The notes beneath the pieces are model-generated. The model was not told where the DNA came from, ran no database searches, and saw only the letters and a list, made by a program, of their open reading frames with translations. Below are positions 48,264 through 57,982 of a stretch of 64,000 nucleotides of DNA, in pieces (position 1 is the first letter of the stretch; the number at the start of each line of letters is the position of its first letter). The translations under genes and the position numbers were made by a program. Origin of the DNA: Planctomycetota bacterium (GTDB lineage: Bacteria; Planctomycetota; B15-G4); NCBI GenBank assembly GCA_038212275.1, contig JBBQUR010000003.1:192001-256000 (forward strand), given 5' to 3'.

Positions 48264-49259
48264 GTGAGCAAGTCGCCCATCCGGGTCGCCGTCACCGGCG
48301 CAGCCGGGCAGATCGGATACGCCCTCCTTCCCCGCATCGCGTCCGGACAGATGTTCGGCCCGGACCAGCCGGTGATCCTGCAGCTCATCGAGATCCCGGC
48401 CGAGAAGCCGATGGCGGCGCTCAAGGGCGTGGCGATGGAACTGGACGACTGCGCCTTCCCGCTGCTCGCCGGCATGGTGCTCACGTCCGACCTGAAGGAG
48501 GGCTTCAAGGACGTGGACTGGGCGCTGCTCGTCGGCAGCAAGCCGCGCGGCCCGGGCATGGAGCGCAACGACCTCATCAAGGAGAACGGCCCGATCTTCA
48601 CGGGGCAGGGCAAGGCCATCAACGACCACGCCAAGCGCACGTGTCGCACGGCGGTCGTGGGCAATCCCTGCAACACGAACGCACTCATCGCGATGCGCAA
48701 TGCGAAGGACATGCCGCGGCAGAGCTTCTCCGCGATGACGCGCCTCGACGAGAACCGCAGCAAGGCGCAGCTCGCGGCGAAGGCCGGCGTGCACCACACG
48801 CAGGTCACCAACGTCGCGATCTGGGGCAACCACAGCGCGACGCAGTATCCGGACTTCGACAACGCGAAGATCGGCGGCAAGCCGGCCACCTCCGTCATCA
48901 CGGACACCGCGTGGCTGCAGGGCGACTTCCTCAAGACCGTGCAGCAGCGCGGCGCCGCGATCATTGCCGCGCGCGGGCTGTCCTCGGCCTTCTCGGCCGC
49001 GGCCGCGCTGGTGGACCATGTGCGCGACCTCTCTCGCCCGACGCCCGCCGGCGACTGGGTCTCCGTCGCGGTGTGCAGCGACGGCAGCTATGGCGTCGAG
49101 GAAGGGATCATCAGTTCCTTCCCGGTGCGTGTGGATGCCGCCGGCCAGTGGTCCATCGTGCAGGGGCTGCCCGTCAGTCCGTTCGCCCGCGGCAAGATCG
49201 ACGCGACCGTCGCCGAGCTGAAGGCCGAGCGCGAGGTCATCAAGGGACTCCTCGGCTGA
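48264..49259 (+). CDS. mdh: Malate dehydrogenase
   Basis: [34 protein letters not shown] and [11 protein letters not shown]. Confidence 0.96.
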   Translation: MSKSPIRVAVTGAAGQIGYALLPRIASGQMFGPDQPVILQLIEIPAEKPMAALKGVAMELDDCAFPLLAGMVLTSDLKEGFKDVDWALLVGSKPRGPGMERNDLIKENGPIFTGQGKAINDHAKRTCRTAVVGNPCNTNALIAMRNAKDMPRQSFSAMTRLDENRSKAQLAAKAGVHHTQVTNVAIWGNHSATQYPDFDNAKIGGKPATSVITDTAWLQGDFLKTVQQRGAAIIAARGLSSAFSAAAALVDHVRDLSRPTPAGDWVSVAVCSDGSYGVEEGIISSFPVRVDAAGQWSIVQGLPVSPFARGKIDATVAELKAEREVIKGLLG

Positions 49260-52051
49260 TGGCTGTCCTCGATCGCATCGCTCGCCGGGCCATGATCCAG
49301 ACCGCGGCGATGATCCACATCGCCAATCACCGCGCCGGCGTGCGGCCGACGGACCCCAAGGTCGGCGGCCATCCGGCGGCGTGCAGCAGCAGCGCGCACA
49401 TCCTCACGGCGCTGCACTGCGCCGTGCGCGAGCCGGACGACTTCATCGCGTGCAAGCCGCACGCCGCGCCGCTCGATCACGTGCTGCACGGCATGATGGG
49501 CCTGATGAATCATCCCGACTTCCGCTGGTTCAACCAGGCGGAGATCGAGGCGGCGCTGCGCACGCTGCGCAAGTTCCCCGAGGCGGGCGAGGCGGTCTTC
49601 CAGAGCTACCACGCGCGGACGGACCCGGACACCTTTCACATGATGCCGTCGGGCAGCGTCGGCATCCCGCCGGTGGTGTCGGTGTACACGGCTCTGGCGT
49701 ATCGCTACGCGCGCGATCATGCCGTGGAACTGCCCGAGGTGCCGGAGCACCTGCACTTCTGGTCGCTCATCGGCGACAGCGAGTTCCGCGAGGGCAGCCT
49801 CATGGAGGCGATGCCGGACGTGGCGGAGCGCGAGCTGGGCAACGTGACCTGGATCGTGGACTACAACCGCCAGAATCTCGACGGCGCGCGCATGCCCAAC
49901 AAGAAGGGCCTGCACGGCACGGACGCGCACCGCATCGAGGCGATGTCCGCAGCCAACGGCTGGGAGGTCATCCAGGTGCGCCACGGCAAGCTGCGCCGCG
50001 AGATCTTCGCGCGTCCCGGCGGCGAGCTGCTGCGCTCGGTGCTCGAGGAAGGCTTCTCGGACTACGAGCTGCAGATGCACCTCTTCGCGCGGGACATGGA
50101 CGACACGCGCCGCGCGCTCATCGGCCACGACAGCCGCCTCGTCGGCCTGCTCGACGGCATGGACGACGAACTCCTCGAGCGCACGCTCACGGATCTGGGC
50201 GGCCACGACACCGAGGCGCTCGTCGACGCGTTGCAGGCAAGCAAGGCGGACACCAGCCGTCCGACGCTCATCGTCGCGCACACGGTGAAGGGCTGGGGCA
50301 TGGACATGTATGCCGCGCCCGGCAATCACAGCGAGCTGCCGCGCGAGGAAGAACTGGAAGGCCTGCTCGGCACCGAGGGCCTGTCGCTCGCGCGACCTTT
50401 CGCGCCGTGGGATCCGTCCAGCGAGGAAGGCAGCTACCTCTCTTCGCGTGGCGCCGCTTTCCGCTCGGCCATCGACGGCATCCGCATGCGGCGTCGCGCC
50501 AACCGCGAGGCGGTGCGCGCCAAGATCAACGCCGCCGGCGGCGTGCCGCGCAGCCTCGACATCGACACGCGCCTGTTTCCGCGCGCCCACACCCAGTGGA
50601 TGTGGGGCCAGCTCGCGGCCAAGCTCGTGCGCATCGGCACCAATGGCGAGCAGCGGCGCCGCGGGCACGACGTGCCTCCCGCGCTCTCCGCCAAGGAGCA
50701 GGCATGGGAGGCCTCGGCCGACCTGCTGCTCACCATGTCGCCCGACGTCGGCACGTCCACGCAGATCAGCTCGGCCATGGACAGCAAGGTCTACGGCCAG
50801 CGCAGCGAGAGCGAGGAAGGCGTCGAGGATGTCGAGGAACGTCTCGGCGTGCACAAGAAGCGCCCCGCGCTGCTGCCGACCACGGAGCCGTGGACGCGGC
50901 ACATCCGCTTCGAGATCGCGGAAGCCAACTGCATGTCGGCGGTCGGCGCCTTCGGGATGATGGGCCACCACGCGGGCGTGCCCTTCTTCCCGATCATGAC
51001 CGTGTACGACTTCTTCATCAAAAGGGCGCTCGACCAGCTCTTCTACAACCTCTACTGGGGCGCCGAATTCGTGATCCTCGGCACGCCGTCGGGCGTGACG
51101 CTGTCGCCCGAGGGCGCGCAGCACAGCTGGAAGTCGGACATCCAGATTCCCAACCTCATCACGTGGGAGCCGATCTTCGCGGTCGAAGTCGACTGGATCC
51201 TGTGCGAGTCCATCCGCCGCCACTTCGACGACGAGAACGACGGCCGCAAGGGCATCCTCATCCGCGCCGTGACGCGCGGCGTCGAACAGAAGGATCTGGT
51301 GCGACGCCTGCGGCGCCACCCGCGCTTCCGCACCAACCCCGCGGACCTGCAGAGCGAGCCGCTCGATGACGCGACCATTCTGGAGCAGGCGCGCCGCGAC
51401 TGCCTCTCGGGCGCCTATCACCTCGTGGATTTCCGCGGACAGCCGGACTACGAGCCCGGGGTGAACGTCGTCAACCTCTTCGTCATGGGCTCGGTGGCTA
51501 CCGAGGCGCTGGCCGCGAGCGATGCGCTGCGCGCCGAAGGCCTCTACGTCAACGTCATCGCGGTGAGCAGTCCGGAACTGCTGCTCGGCAACCTGGCGGC
51601 GGTGAACGACTTCGCGCACCTGCGGCACGGTCTCGGGCTGGACGGCAACCTGCACCTGTCGCCGCGCGGCACGGTGGACAGCACGGCGGAACTGGTCACG
51701 CTGGCCGGCCGGCGCGTGCCTGTGGTCTCGGTGCACGACGGCGAGGCCGGGCTGCTCGACAACATCGGCAGCATCCTCGGCGTGCGCCAGGAGACGCTCG
51801 CCGTGCGCAAGTTCAGCAAGTCGGGGCGACCCGACCAGGTCTTCGGCTACCAGCACCTCGACCAGGCCTCCATCATCGAGTCGGTGGGCAAGGCGCTCTC
51901 CGAGACGGCGCTGGAGGAGGTCGTCGTGAGCCGCGAGGCGCTTGCAGCGCTGCTCCAGCGGCCCGCCGCGCACGCGAACGGTGCGGACGCGTCGGGCAGC
52001 AGCGGCGACAACCGCTGGCGCGAACTCTGGGACGCCGGCCGCTCGGCCTGA
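49259..52051 (+). CDS. aceE: AceE-like homodimeric 2-oxoacid dehydrogenase E1 (TPP-dependent), short N-terminus
   Basis: KVGGH, FQSYH, SGSVG, TPP motif GDSE..NRQNLDG, HTVKGWG, EIAEAN and SGVTLSPEGAQH; TGATG coupling to mdh. Confidence 0.75.
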   Translation: MAVLDRIARRAMIQTAAMIHIANHRAGVRPTDPKVGGHPAACSSSAHILTALHCAVREPDDFIACKPHAAPLDHVLHGMMGLMNHPDFRWFNQAEIEAALRTLRKFPEAGEAVFQSYHARTDPDTFHMMPSGSVGIPPVVSVYTALAYRYARDHAVELPEVPEHLHFWSLIGDSEFREGSLMEAMPDVAERELGNVTWIVDYNRQNLDGARMPNKKGLHGTDAHRIEAMSAANGWEVIQVRHGKLRREIFARPGGELLRSVLEEGFSDYELQMHLFARDMDDTRRALIGHDSRLVGLLDGMDDELLERTLTDLGGHDTEALVDALQASKADTSRPTLIVAHTVKGWGMDMYAAPGNHSELPREEELEGLLGTEGLSLARPFAPWDPSSEEGSYLSSRGAAFRSAIDGIRMRRRANREAVRAKINAAGGVPRSLDIDTRLFPRAHTQWMWGQLAAKLVRIGTNGEQRRRGHDVPPALSAKEQAWEASADLLLTMSPDVGTSTQISSAMDSKVYGQRSESEEGVEDVEERLGVHKKRPALLPTTEPWTRHIRFEIAEANCMSAVGAFGMMGHHAGVPFFPIMTVYDFFIKRALDQLFYNLYWGAEFVILGTPSGVTLSPEGAQHSWKSDIQIPNLITWEPIFAVEVDWILCESIRRHFDDENDGRKGILIRAVTRGVEQKDLVRRLRRHPRFRTNPADLQSEPLDDATILEQARRDCLSGAYHLVDFRGQPDYEPGVNVVNLFVMGSVATEALAASDALRAEGLYVNVIAVSSPELLLGNLAAVNDFAHLRHGLGLDGNLHLSPRGTVDSTAELVTLAGRRVPVVSVHDGEAGLLDNIGSILGVRQETLAVRKFSKSGRPDQVFGYQHLDQASIIESVGKALSETALEEVVVSREALAALLQRPAAHANGADASGSSGDNRWRELWDAGRSA

Positions 52052-52120
52052 AACGCCGGCTGGTCGGCCTGAAACGCCGGCCGGCGGCCTGAAACGCCGG
52101 CCGATCGGCCTGAAACGCCG
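52043..52120. repeat. Tandem repeat, 4 copies of a ~20-21 bp unit
   Basis: CGGCCTGAAACGCCG repeats four times, starting across the aceE-like stop codon. Confidence 0.9.
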
Positions 52121-52253
52121 TCGCACGCGTCGGCATCTCACCCCCGACGGCCGGCCTCCGCGGTTGCTGCTCCGTCCGCCATGCGGGCGGCGCGATGTCA
52201 GCGAGGCGATCCGACCGGGGCCATGCCTGCCGCTTCTACCCGGAGTTCCGCTC

Positions 52254-53465
52254 ATGCGATCCTGCCTTGCAGCCCTCACACTTGTCTTCGGTGCGCTGTG
52301 CGCCTCGACCGCGCCGTCCGTGCATGCGCAGCAGGTCGCCCACGAGGCCGGCGGCTCGGCGCTCGCGTCGCAGGCAGCGCCTGCCGACAGCAGCCAGCAT
52401 CAGCTCGGAAAGGACGGTCTCGCGATCGAGGGTTGGGATCCGGTCGCGTACTTCCCCGAGGGCGGCGGCAAGCCGGCCGAGGGAAGCGCCGCGCACGAGG
52501 TCGCACTGAACGGCGCACGCTACCGATTCACGAACGCGCAGCACGCGCAGCTCTTCTCCGCGAATCCCGGGCGCTACGTGCCTGCCTACGGCGGGTGGTG
52601 CGCCTACGCGATGGCCCAGGGCGAGAAGGTCGAGGTCGATCCCGAGTCCTTCACGGTGCAGGACGGGCGCCTCATGCTCTTCTACAAGTCCTTCTTCAAC
52701 GACACGCGGGCCTCGTGGCTGAAGGACGCCACGCTGCTGCCCAAGGCGGACGCCCACTGGAAGACCCTCAGCGGCGAGAGCGCGCGCGGCGACGCAGCCG
52801 CAGCCTCGGCCGCCGCCGCGACCGCGACCGCGACCGCGACCGCGACCGCGACCGCGACCGCGACCGCCGCGACCGTGACTGCCGCGACTGCCGCTGCCGC
52901 AACTGCCGCTGCCGCAACTGCCGCCGTAGCAGGCGCCGCGCACGGGCCCGAGGCCCCGACTGCCGACGCGGGGATGAAGGCGACGATCGGCGTGGGCAGC
53001 GGCACGCTCGGTCCGGCCGTCGGACACGACGTGGGACAGCGTGCGCCGGCCTTCACGCTCAAGGACAAGGCCGGCGCCGAGCACTCGCTCGCGGACTATC
53101 GTGGAAAGCTCGTCGTGCTGGACTTCTGGGCGACGTGGTGCGGGCCGTGCAAGGCCGCGATGCCCGGCGTGCAGAAGCTGCACGAGAGCTTCAAGGACAA
53201 GGGCGTCGTCGTCATCGGCGTGGATGGTTTCGAGCGCAGCACGGAGGCGGACCCGGCGGCGTACATGGCGAGCAAGGGCTTCACCTACCAACTGCTGCTC
53301 GGCGGAGAAGCGCTCAAGGACTCCTACGCGCTGGAGGCGCTGCCGACTTTCATGGTCATCGACGAGGACGGCCTGGTGCTCGCGCGCGAGGTCGGCCAGC
53401 CGGACGACGAAACGCAGTTGACCACGCTCGTCTCGAAGCACCTCTCCGGCCGCCGCGGAGGCTGA
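52254..53465 (+). CDS. Exported YHS-domain protein fused to a TlpA-like thioredoxin by an Ala/Thr linker
   Basis: GWDPVAYF and PAYGGWCAYAMA; (AT)n linker; DFWATWCGPCK and LPT. Confidence 0.85.
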   Translation: MRSCLAALTLVFGALCASTAPSVHAQQVAHEAGGSALASQAAPADSSQHQLGKDGLAIEGWDPVAYFPEGGGKPAEGSAAHEVALNGARYRFTNAQHAQLFSANPGRYVPAYGGWCAYAMAQGEKVEVDPESFTVQDGRLMLFYKSFFNDTRASWLKDATLLPKADAHWKTLSGESARGDAAAASAAAATATATATATATATATAATVTAATAAAATAAAATAAVAGAAHGPEAPTADAGMKATIGVGSGTLGPAVGHDVGQRAPAFTLKDKAGAEHSLADYRGKLVVLDFWATWCGPCKAAMPGVQKLHESFKDKGVVVIGVDGFERSTEADPAAYMASKGFTYQLLLGGEALKDSYALEALPTFMVIDEDGLVLAREVGQPDDETQLTTLVSKHLSGRRGG

Positions 53466-53466
53466 T

Positions 53467-53519
53467 TCGCGCCGGTGACCTCGCGCCGGTGATCTCGCGC
53501 CGGTGATCTCGCGCCGGTT
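53467..53519. repeat. Tandem repeat, 4 copies of a 14-bp unit, between convergent genes
   Basis: TCGCGCCGGTGA(C/T)C repeated. Confidence 0.85.
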
Positions 53520-54154
53520 CAGTGTGGCGCGGTGTCCTGCCCGGCCCAGTTGGCCAGCAGGCCCGTGTCGCGCACGAGGTTTCCGAGCGAGGCCTCGTCG
53601 GCGGCGTAGGCGCCGCGCACGCGGCCGTAGCGGTCCAGGAGCAGCCACTCCGCGCCGGGGCTGCCGGCGGCGGTGCAGAGGCGCGTGAACTCGTCGCCGT
53701 GCGGATCCAGCAGGAAGAGGTTGAGCGGCTTGCGCGCCTTGCGCTCGTCGAGCAGCAGCGACAGCGCGGAGGGCTCGTCGCCACGGCACAGCAGCACGAA
53801 GGCCACGGCCTTGTCGAGGCCGCGCAGATGTTTGCGCAGGCGGAACAGGCCCGAGAGCGTCTCGCCGCTTGCGGTGGCGTTGGCCAGCGGCAGCGAGGAC
53901 ACCAGCACGAGATGACCGCGCAGGCTTTCCAGCGACACCGTCGCGCCCTTCTCGTCGGCCAGTTCGCAGATCATCGGCGGGCCGTCCTGGCCGGGGAGAG
54001 GCGGCGGCAGCGTCGCGGTGAGCGCCTTCACGAGCGGAAAGCTGAAGAGCACCGCGATGCCGAGCACCCAGAACCACGGCCGCGACAGGATCTTCGCGGG
54101 AGCCGCAGCCGCAGCCGGAGCCGGGGACGGGGACGGGGACGGGGACGCGTGCAT
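53519..54154 (-). CDS. Degenerate SCO1/SenC-like membrane-anchored protein
   Basis: TM helix, LADEKGATVSLESLRGHLVLV and LLLDRYGRVRGAY; lies at the end of the oxidase operon; no CxxxC. Start uncertain. Confidence 0.6.
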   Translation of the reverse strand: MHASPSPSPSPAPAAAAAPAKILSRPWFWVLGIAVLFSFPLVKALTATLPPPLPGQDGPPMICELADEKGATVSLESLRGHLVLVSSLPLANATASGETLSGLFRLRKHLRGLDKAVAFVLLCRGDEPSALSLLLDERKARKPLNLFLLDPHGDEFTRLCTAAGSPGAEWLLLDRYGRVRGAYAADEASLGNLVRDTGLLANWAGQDTAPH

Positions 54155-54234
54155 GTCCGCGGACTCGGACGCGCCCGCCGGCGGCTCCCCGCGCGCAGAC
54201 GACGCGCCGGGTGTCGGCGGCACGCCCGGCGACG

Positions 54235-54501
54235 TCAGTTCGACCCCTCGTTCTCGCTGGCGAGCAGGCGCTTGAGCCACACCCAGACGCCCGAGACGAT
54301 CACGTACGGCAGGAGCACGAACGCGGCGATGTAGACCAGCGTGTCCGCGCCCTGCGACAGCGAGCAGTAGGGGCACGCGGCGGCGGCGGGCGCGAGCCCG
54401 GAGAGCATGACGGCGGCCGCGGCGGCGATGCGCCCTCCGCGTGCGGCGGTCGACGGACGCGTGGCGCGCGAACGTCCTGCATGGGCCCGCGGGCTGCTCA
54501 C
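54235..54501 (-). CDS. Small membrane protein with CPYC motif
   Basis: GTGA overlap with subunit IV; signal-like AAAA-CPYC followed by one TM helix. Confidence 0.6.
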   Translation of the reverse strand: MSSPRAHAGRSRATRPSTAARGGRIAAAAAVMLSGLAPAAAACPYCSLSQGADTLVYIAAFVLLPYVIVSGVWVWLKRLLASENEGSN

Positions 54502-54875
54502 GAAAGCGTGTTCCGCCACGCCGTCTCGATCATGAGCAGGATCGCGGCGACGCCCATGTACGCCGGGACAAGCGCGATCCGCTTGAGCCACGGCGATTCC
54601 CACTTGAGGTGCATGAAGTACAGCGCGACGAGCAGGGCCTTGCTGAAGGCCAGGATCACGAGCAGCAGCATCTTGGTGTGCTGGTTCCACGGCGCGTCGT
54701 AGACGGACGGGATCATGACCTCGACCATCGTGAGGAACGCCAGCACCAGGAAGATGGTGATGAAGGTGCTGTCGGTCGGCCCGTGCGCGGCGGCGCCCAG
54801 AGGGGCATGACTGCCGGCGACCGGCTGCTCGTGGCCGTGGCCGTCGTGTGCGGAGGCGTGCTTGTGCTTGCTCAC
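54498..54875 (-). CDS. ctaF: Cytochrome c oxidase subunit IV
   Basis: FLVLAFLTMVEV and KALLVALYFMHLKWE. Confidence 0.88.
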   Translation of the reverse strand: MSKHKHASAHDGHGHEQPVAGSHAPLGAAAHGPTDSTFITIFLVLAFLTMVEVMIPSVYDAPWNQHTKMLLLVILAFSKALLVALYFMHLKWESPWLKRIALVPAYMGVAAILLMIETAWRNTLS

Positions 54876-54885
54876 TGGAGGGGCC

Positions 54886-55578
54886 TCACAGCAGGTAGAT
54901 GAAGGTGAAGACGAGGATCCACACGAGGTCCACGAAGTGCCAGAAGAGCCCGACCAGTTCCACCGGGCTGTGCGTGATGCCGCCCTGCGTGTACTTGCCG
55001 CGCAGCGTGCCGATCAGGATGCAGAAGAGATAGACCACGCCGGAGAAGACGTGCAGGCCGTGGAAGCCCGTGACCACGTAGAAGGTGGAGCCGAAGAGGT
55101 TGTTGATCGGCTGGCCTTCCCACGTGGAGGTCGCGAAGCCGATGCCCTCGCCGACAAGGTGGTGATACTCGTAGGCCTGGATGCTCAGGAAGCCGAGGCC
55201 ACCGAGGATCGTGAACGCCAGCCACTTCACGGTGGCGGCCTTGTTCGCCGCCTGCGAGGCCGCCACGGCCTTCACCATCGTGAGCGACGAGCAGATGAGC
55301 AGGAAGGTGGCGAAGGCCGTGAGGTTGATACCCAGGATGTCCGTGGGCCGCATGCCCGTGCGGGGCCAGTCGCCGTGCGCGAAGATGCGCAGGATGCCGT
55401 AGGCCAGCAGCAGCCCGCCGAAGGAGAAGCCGTCCTGCGCGATGAACAACCACATCGCGACCTTGCCGCCCGTGGCCTTGCCGACGTGCGGATCCTCGGC
55501 GATGTCGTCGTGGCCATGAGCATCGGCAGCGCCGTGCGCGCCGTGCCCACCGTGTGACACTGATGCCGTGCTGGACAT
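54886..55578 (-). CDS. ctaE: Cytochrome c oxidase subunit III (second copy)
   Basis: KVAMWLF, LICSSLTM, TGFHGLHV and GLFWHFVDLVW. Confidence 0.9.
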   Translation of the reverse strand: MSSTASVSHGGHGAHGAADAHGHDDIAEDPHVGKATGGKVAMWLFIAQDGFSFGGLLLAYGILRIFAHGDWPRTGMRPTDILGINLTAFATFLLICSSLTMVKAVAASQAANKAATVKWLAFTILGGLGFLSIQAYEYHHLVGEGIGFATSTWEGQPINNLFGSTFYVVTGFHGLHVFSGVVYLFCILIGTLRGKYTQGGITHSPVELVGLFWHFVDLVWILVFTFIYLL

Positions 55579-55600
55579 GCGGGATGGAATCCTGGGAGTT

Positions 55601-56188
55601 CTAGAGAGCGAAGAAGGAGACGAACAGCACCAGCCACACGGCATCCACGAAGTGCCAGAAGATGGCGACGCTGGACGCGGGCGTGGCGCGGCCGGCGTTG
55701 ATCCGTCCGGTCAGCGCACCGGCCTGGATGAAGCCGAGCGCGATGAGGCCGCACACGACGTGCAGCGCGTGGAACCAGGTGAGCATGTAGAAAAGGCCCT
55801 GGTACATGTCGGTGTCGGGCCGGCCGCCGGCCTCCCAGACATCGATCCAGAGCCAGCTCTGCAACGCCGCGAAAGCCAGGCCTGCGCCGAGCCCGAGTGC
55901 CCAGCGTCCCGCGAATCCCGGCTGGCCGGCGCGGAGCCGCTTCACCGCGGAGTGCAGCAGTGCGCTGCTCGCGAGCAGCACGGCCGTCGCGAGTCCGGCC
56001 AGCGGCAGCGACGGCAGCACCACGCCTTCCGGTGGCCACACCGGCTGCCGGTGCCGCAGGACGAGGAAGGTCAGGAAGAGTGTGGCGAAGGCCATGCTCC
56101 AGCTGCCGATGAACAGCACCATGCCGAAGGTCGCATCGACCCGCGCGCGGCGGCTTTCGGTCGGCAGTGGCAGGGCCAGGTCGCTCAT
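55601..56188 (-). CDS. ctaE: Cytochrome c oxidase subunit III (first copy)
   Basis: GMVLFIGS, LLASS, FHALHV and FWHFVDAVW. Confidence 0.88.
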   Translation of the reverse strand: MSDLALPLPTESRRARVDATFGMVLFIGSWSMAFATLFLTFLVLRHRQPVWPPEGVVLPSLPLAGLATAVLLASSALLHSAVKRLRAGQPGFAGRWALGLGAGLAFAALQSWLWIDVWEAGGRPDTDMYQGLFYMLTWFHALHVVCGLIALGFIQAGALTGRINAGRATPASSVAIFWHFVDAVWLVLFVSFFAL

Positions 56189-56256
56189 CGTGGGCTCTTC
56201 AGGGCCGGGGAGGACGGCTCACGCAGCCGCTGCGGGCCGCGTGCGCTGCTCTCGCC

Positions 56257-57975
56257 TCAGGTCGGCAGCTGCTCCGATTGGGAAATCCAGTCGCGGTCCT
56301 TGAGCGCCGGGTGGCTGTACTCGTGCGGGCCGGTGACGACGGTAGGGATGGTGTCGTAGTTGTGGTGCGGCGGCGGGCTCGGGATCGTCCACTCGAGCGT
56401 GCCGACCTCCCACGGGTTCACGCTGGCCTTGCTTCCCCACCAGCGACTCTTGATGAAGTTGAACGCGAAGATGAGCTGCGCGCCGCCGAGGAAGAAGGCC
56501 GCGACGCTCGTGATCACGTTGAGGTGCTGCAGCGAACGCAGGTAGTCCACGTCCGTGTGGTTGTAGTACCGGCGCGGCATGCCCGCGTAGCCGCTGATGA
56601 ACATCGTGCAGAAGACGATGGTCAGCGGGATGATCGTGGCCCAGAAGTGCAGCTTGCCCAGCTTCTCGGACATCATTTTCCCGAACATCTTCGGGAACCA
56701 GAAGTAGGTGGCCGCGAAGGCCCCGAACAGCGAGGACGCCGCCATGGTCAGGTGGAAGTGCCCGACGACGAAGTAGGTGTCGTGCAGGTAGATGTCCGTG
56801 GAGATCGTGGCGAGGTAGATGCCCGTGAGGCCGCCGAGGCCGAACACGAAGATCACGCCCATCGAGAACAGCATCGGCGTCGTGAAGCGCAGGTTGCCGC
56901 GCCACAGCGTGTGCAGCCAGTTGAAGAACAGGATCTCGCCCGGCACCGAGATGATCATGGTGAGCAGCATGAAGCTCTCGCCGAGCATCGCGGTCATGCC
57001 GGTCGTGAACATGTGGTGGCCGTACACCACCGCGGACAGCACCGTCACCGCGCCCATCGCGCCGACGGTCACCTTGTAGGCGAAGGCCGGCTTGCGCGCG
57101 AAGAACGAGAGCAGGTCGGAGATGATGCCCCACGCGGGCAGGATGAGGATGTAGACCTCGGGGTGGCCGAAGATCCAGAACAGGTGCTGGTAGAGGATCG
57201 GGTCGCCGCCGCCGCTCTGGTTGAGCGTGGCCGGCACGTAGAAGCTCGTGCCGAAGCTGCGGTCGAGGACCATGAGGATCATGGCGCTGCCGATGACCGG
57301 CAGGAAAAGCACGTTCAGGATGGCCGTGAAGAACATGCCCCAGATCGTGAGCGGCAGCTTGCTCCAGGTCATGCCCGGCGCGCGCAGCCGCACGATCGTG
57401 GTGATGTAGTTGATGCCGCCCATGATGGAGCTGGCGCCGATCAGGAACACCGCGATGGCCCAGAGCGTCTCGCCCGAACCCGGCGTGCCGATGGTGCTCG
57501 AGAGCGTCGGGTATGCGGTCCAGCCGCCCTCGGCCGCGCCCAGCGGCACGAAGAGCGAGTAGAAGCCGACCAGGCCGCCCAGCACCACCGTCCAGAAGGA
57601 CAGCATGTTGAGCAGCGGGAAGATCATGTCCCGCGCGCCGATCATGAGCGGGATGCAGAAGTTGCCGAAGGCGCCGATCAGCAGGGGAGTGAGCCCCAGG
57701 AAGATCATGATCGTGCCGTGCATCGTGAACAGCGTGTTGTAGCCGTCGGGCGGCACCGAGCCGTCGCCGCGCGGGTACAGCAGCTTGCCGATGAGCGGCA
57801 CCGGGCTGCCCGGGTGGGCGAGCTGCCAGCGGATCATCATGGCCATGATGCCGCCGACGAGCAGCCACACCAGGCCGAACCACATGAACTGTCTCGCGAT
57901 GACCTTGTGGTCCACCGAGAAGACGTGCTTGCGCAGGAAACCCGTCGGCTCCGCGTGGATGTGATCGCCACTCAT
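56257..57975 (-). CDS. ctaD: Cytochrome c oxidase subunit I, A1 type
   Basis: MHGTIMIF, GWTAYP, GHPEVY, HHMF, HDTYFVVGHFH and GMPRRY. Confidence 0.97.
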   Translation of the reverse strand: MSGDHIHAEPTGFLRKHVFSVDHKVIARQFMWFGLVWLLVGGIMAMMIRWQLAHPGSPVPLIGKLLYPRGDGSVPPDGYNTLFTMHGTIMIFLGLTPLLIGAFGNFCIPLMIGARDMIFPLLNMLSFWTVVLGGLVGFYSLFVPLGAAEGGWTAYPTLSSTIGTPGSGETLWAIAVFLIGASSIMGGINYITTIVRLRAPGMTWSKLPLTIWGMFFTAILNVLFLPVIGSAMILMVLDRSFGTSFYVPATLNQSGGGDPILYQHLFWIFGHPEVYILILPAWGIISDLLSFFARKPAFAYKVTVGAMGAVTVLSAVVYGHHMFTTGMTAMLGESFMLLTMIISVPGEILFFNWLHTLWRGNLRFTTPMLFSMGVIFVFGLGGLTGIYLATISTDIYLHDTYFVVGHFHLTMAASSLFGAFAATYFWFPKMFGKMMSEKLGKLHFWATIIPLTIVFCTMFISGYAGMPRRYYNHTDVDYLRSLQHLNVITSVAAFFLGGAQLIFAFNFIKSRWWGSKASVNPWEVGTLEWTIPSPPPHHNYDTIPTVVTGPHEYSHPALKDRDWISQSEQLPT

Positions 57976-57982
57976 CTCGCGG

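Noticed and set aside
52043..52120. Possible CRISPR array (also 53467-53519 and 63920-64000)
   Set aside because: The units are adjacent with no unique spacers, and there are no cas genes.
44579..53465. Selenocysteine recoding in ArsS or the YHS protein
   Set aside because: The relevant positions are Cys codons and there is no in-frame TGA.
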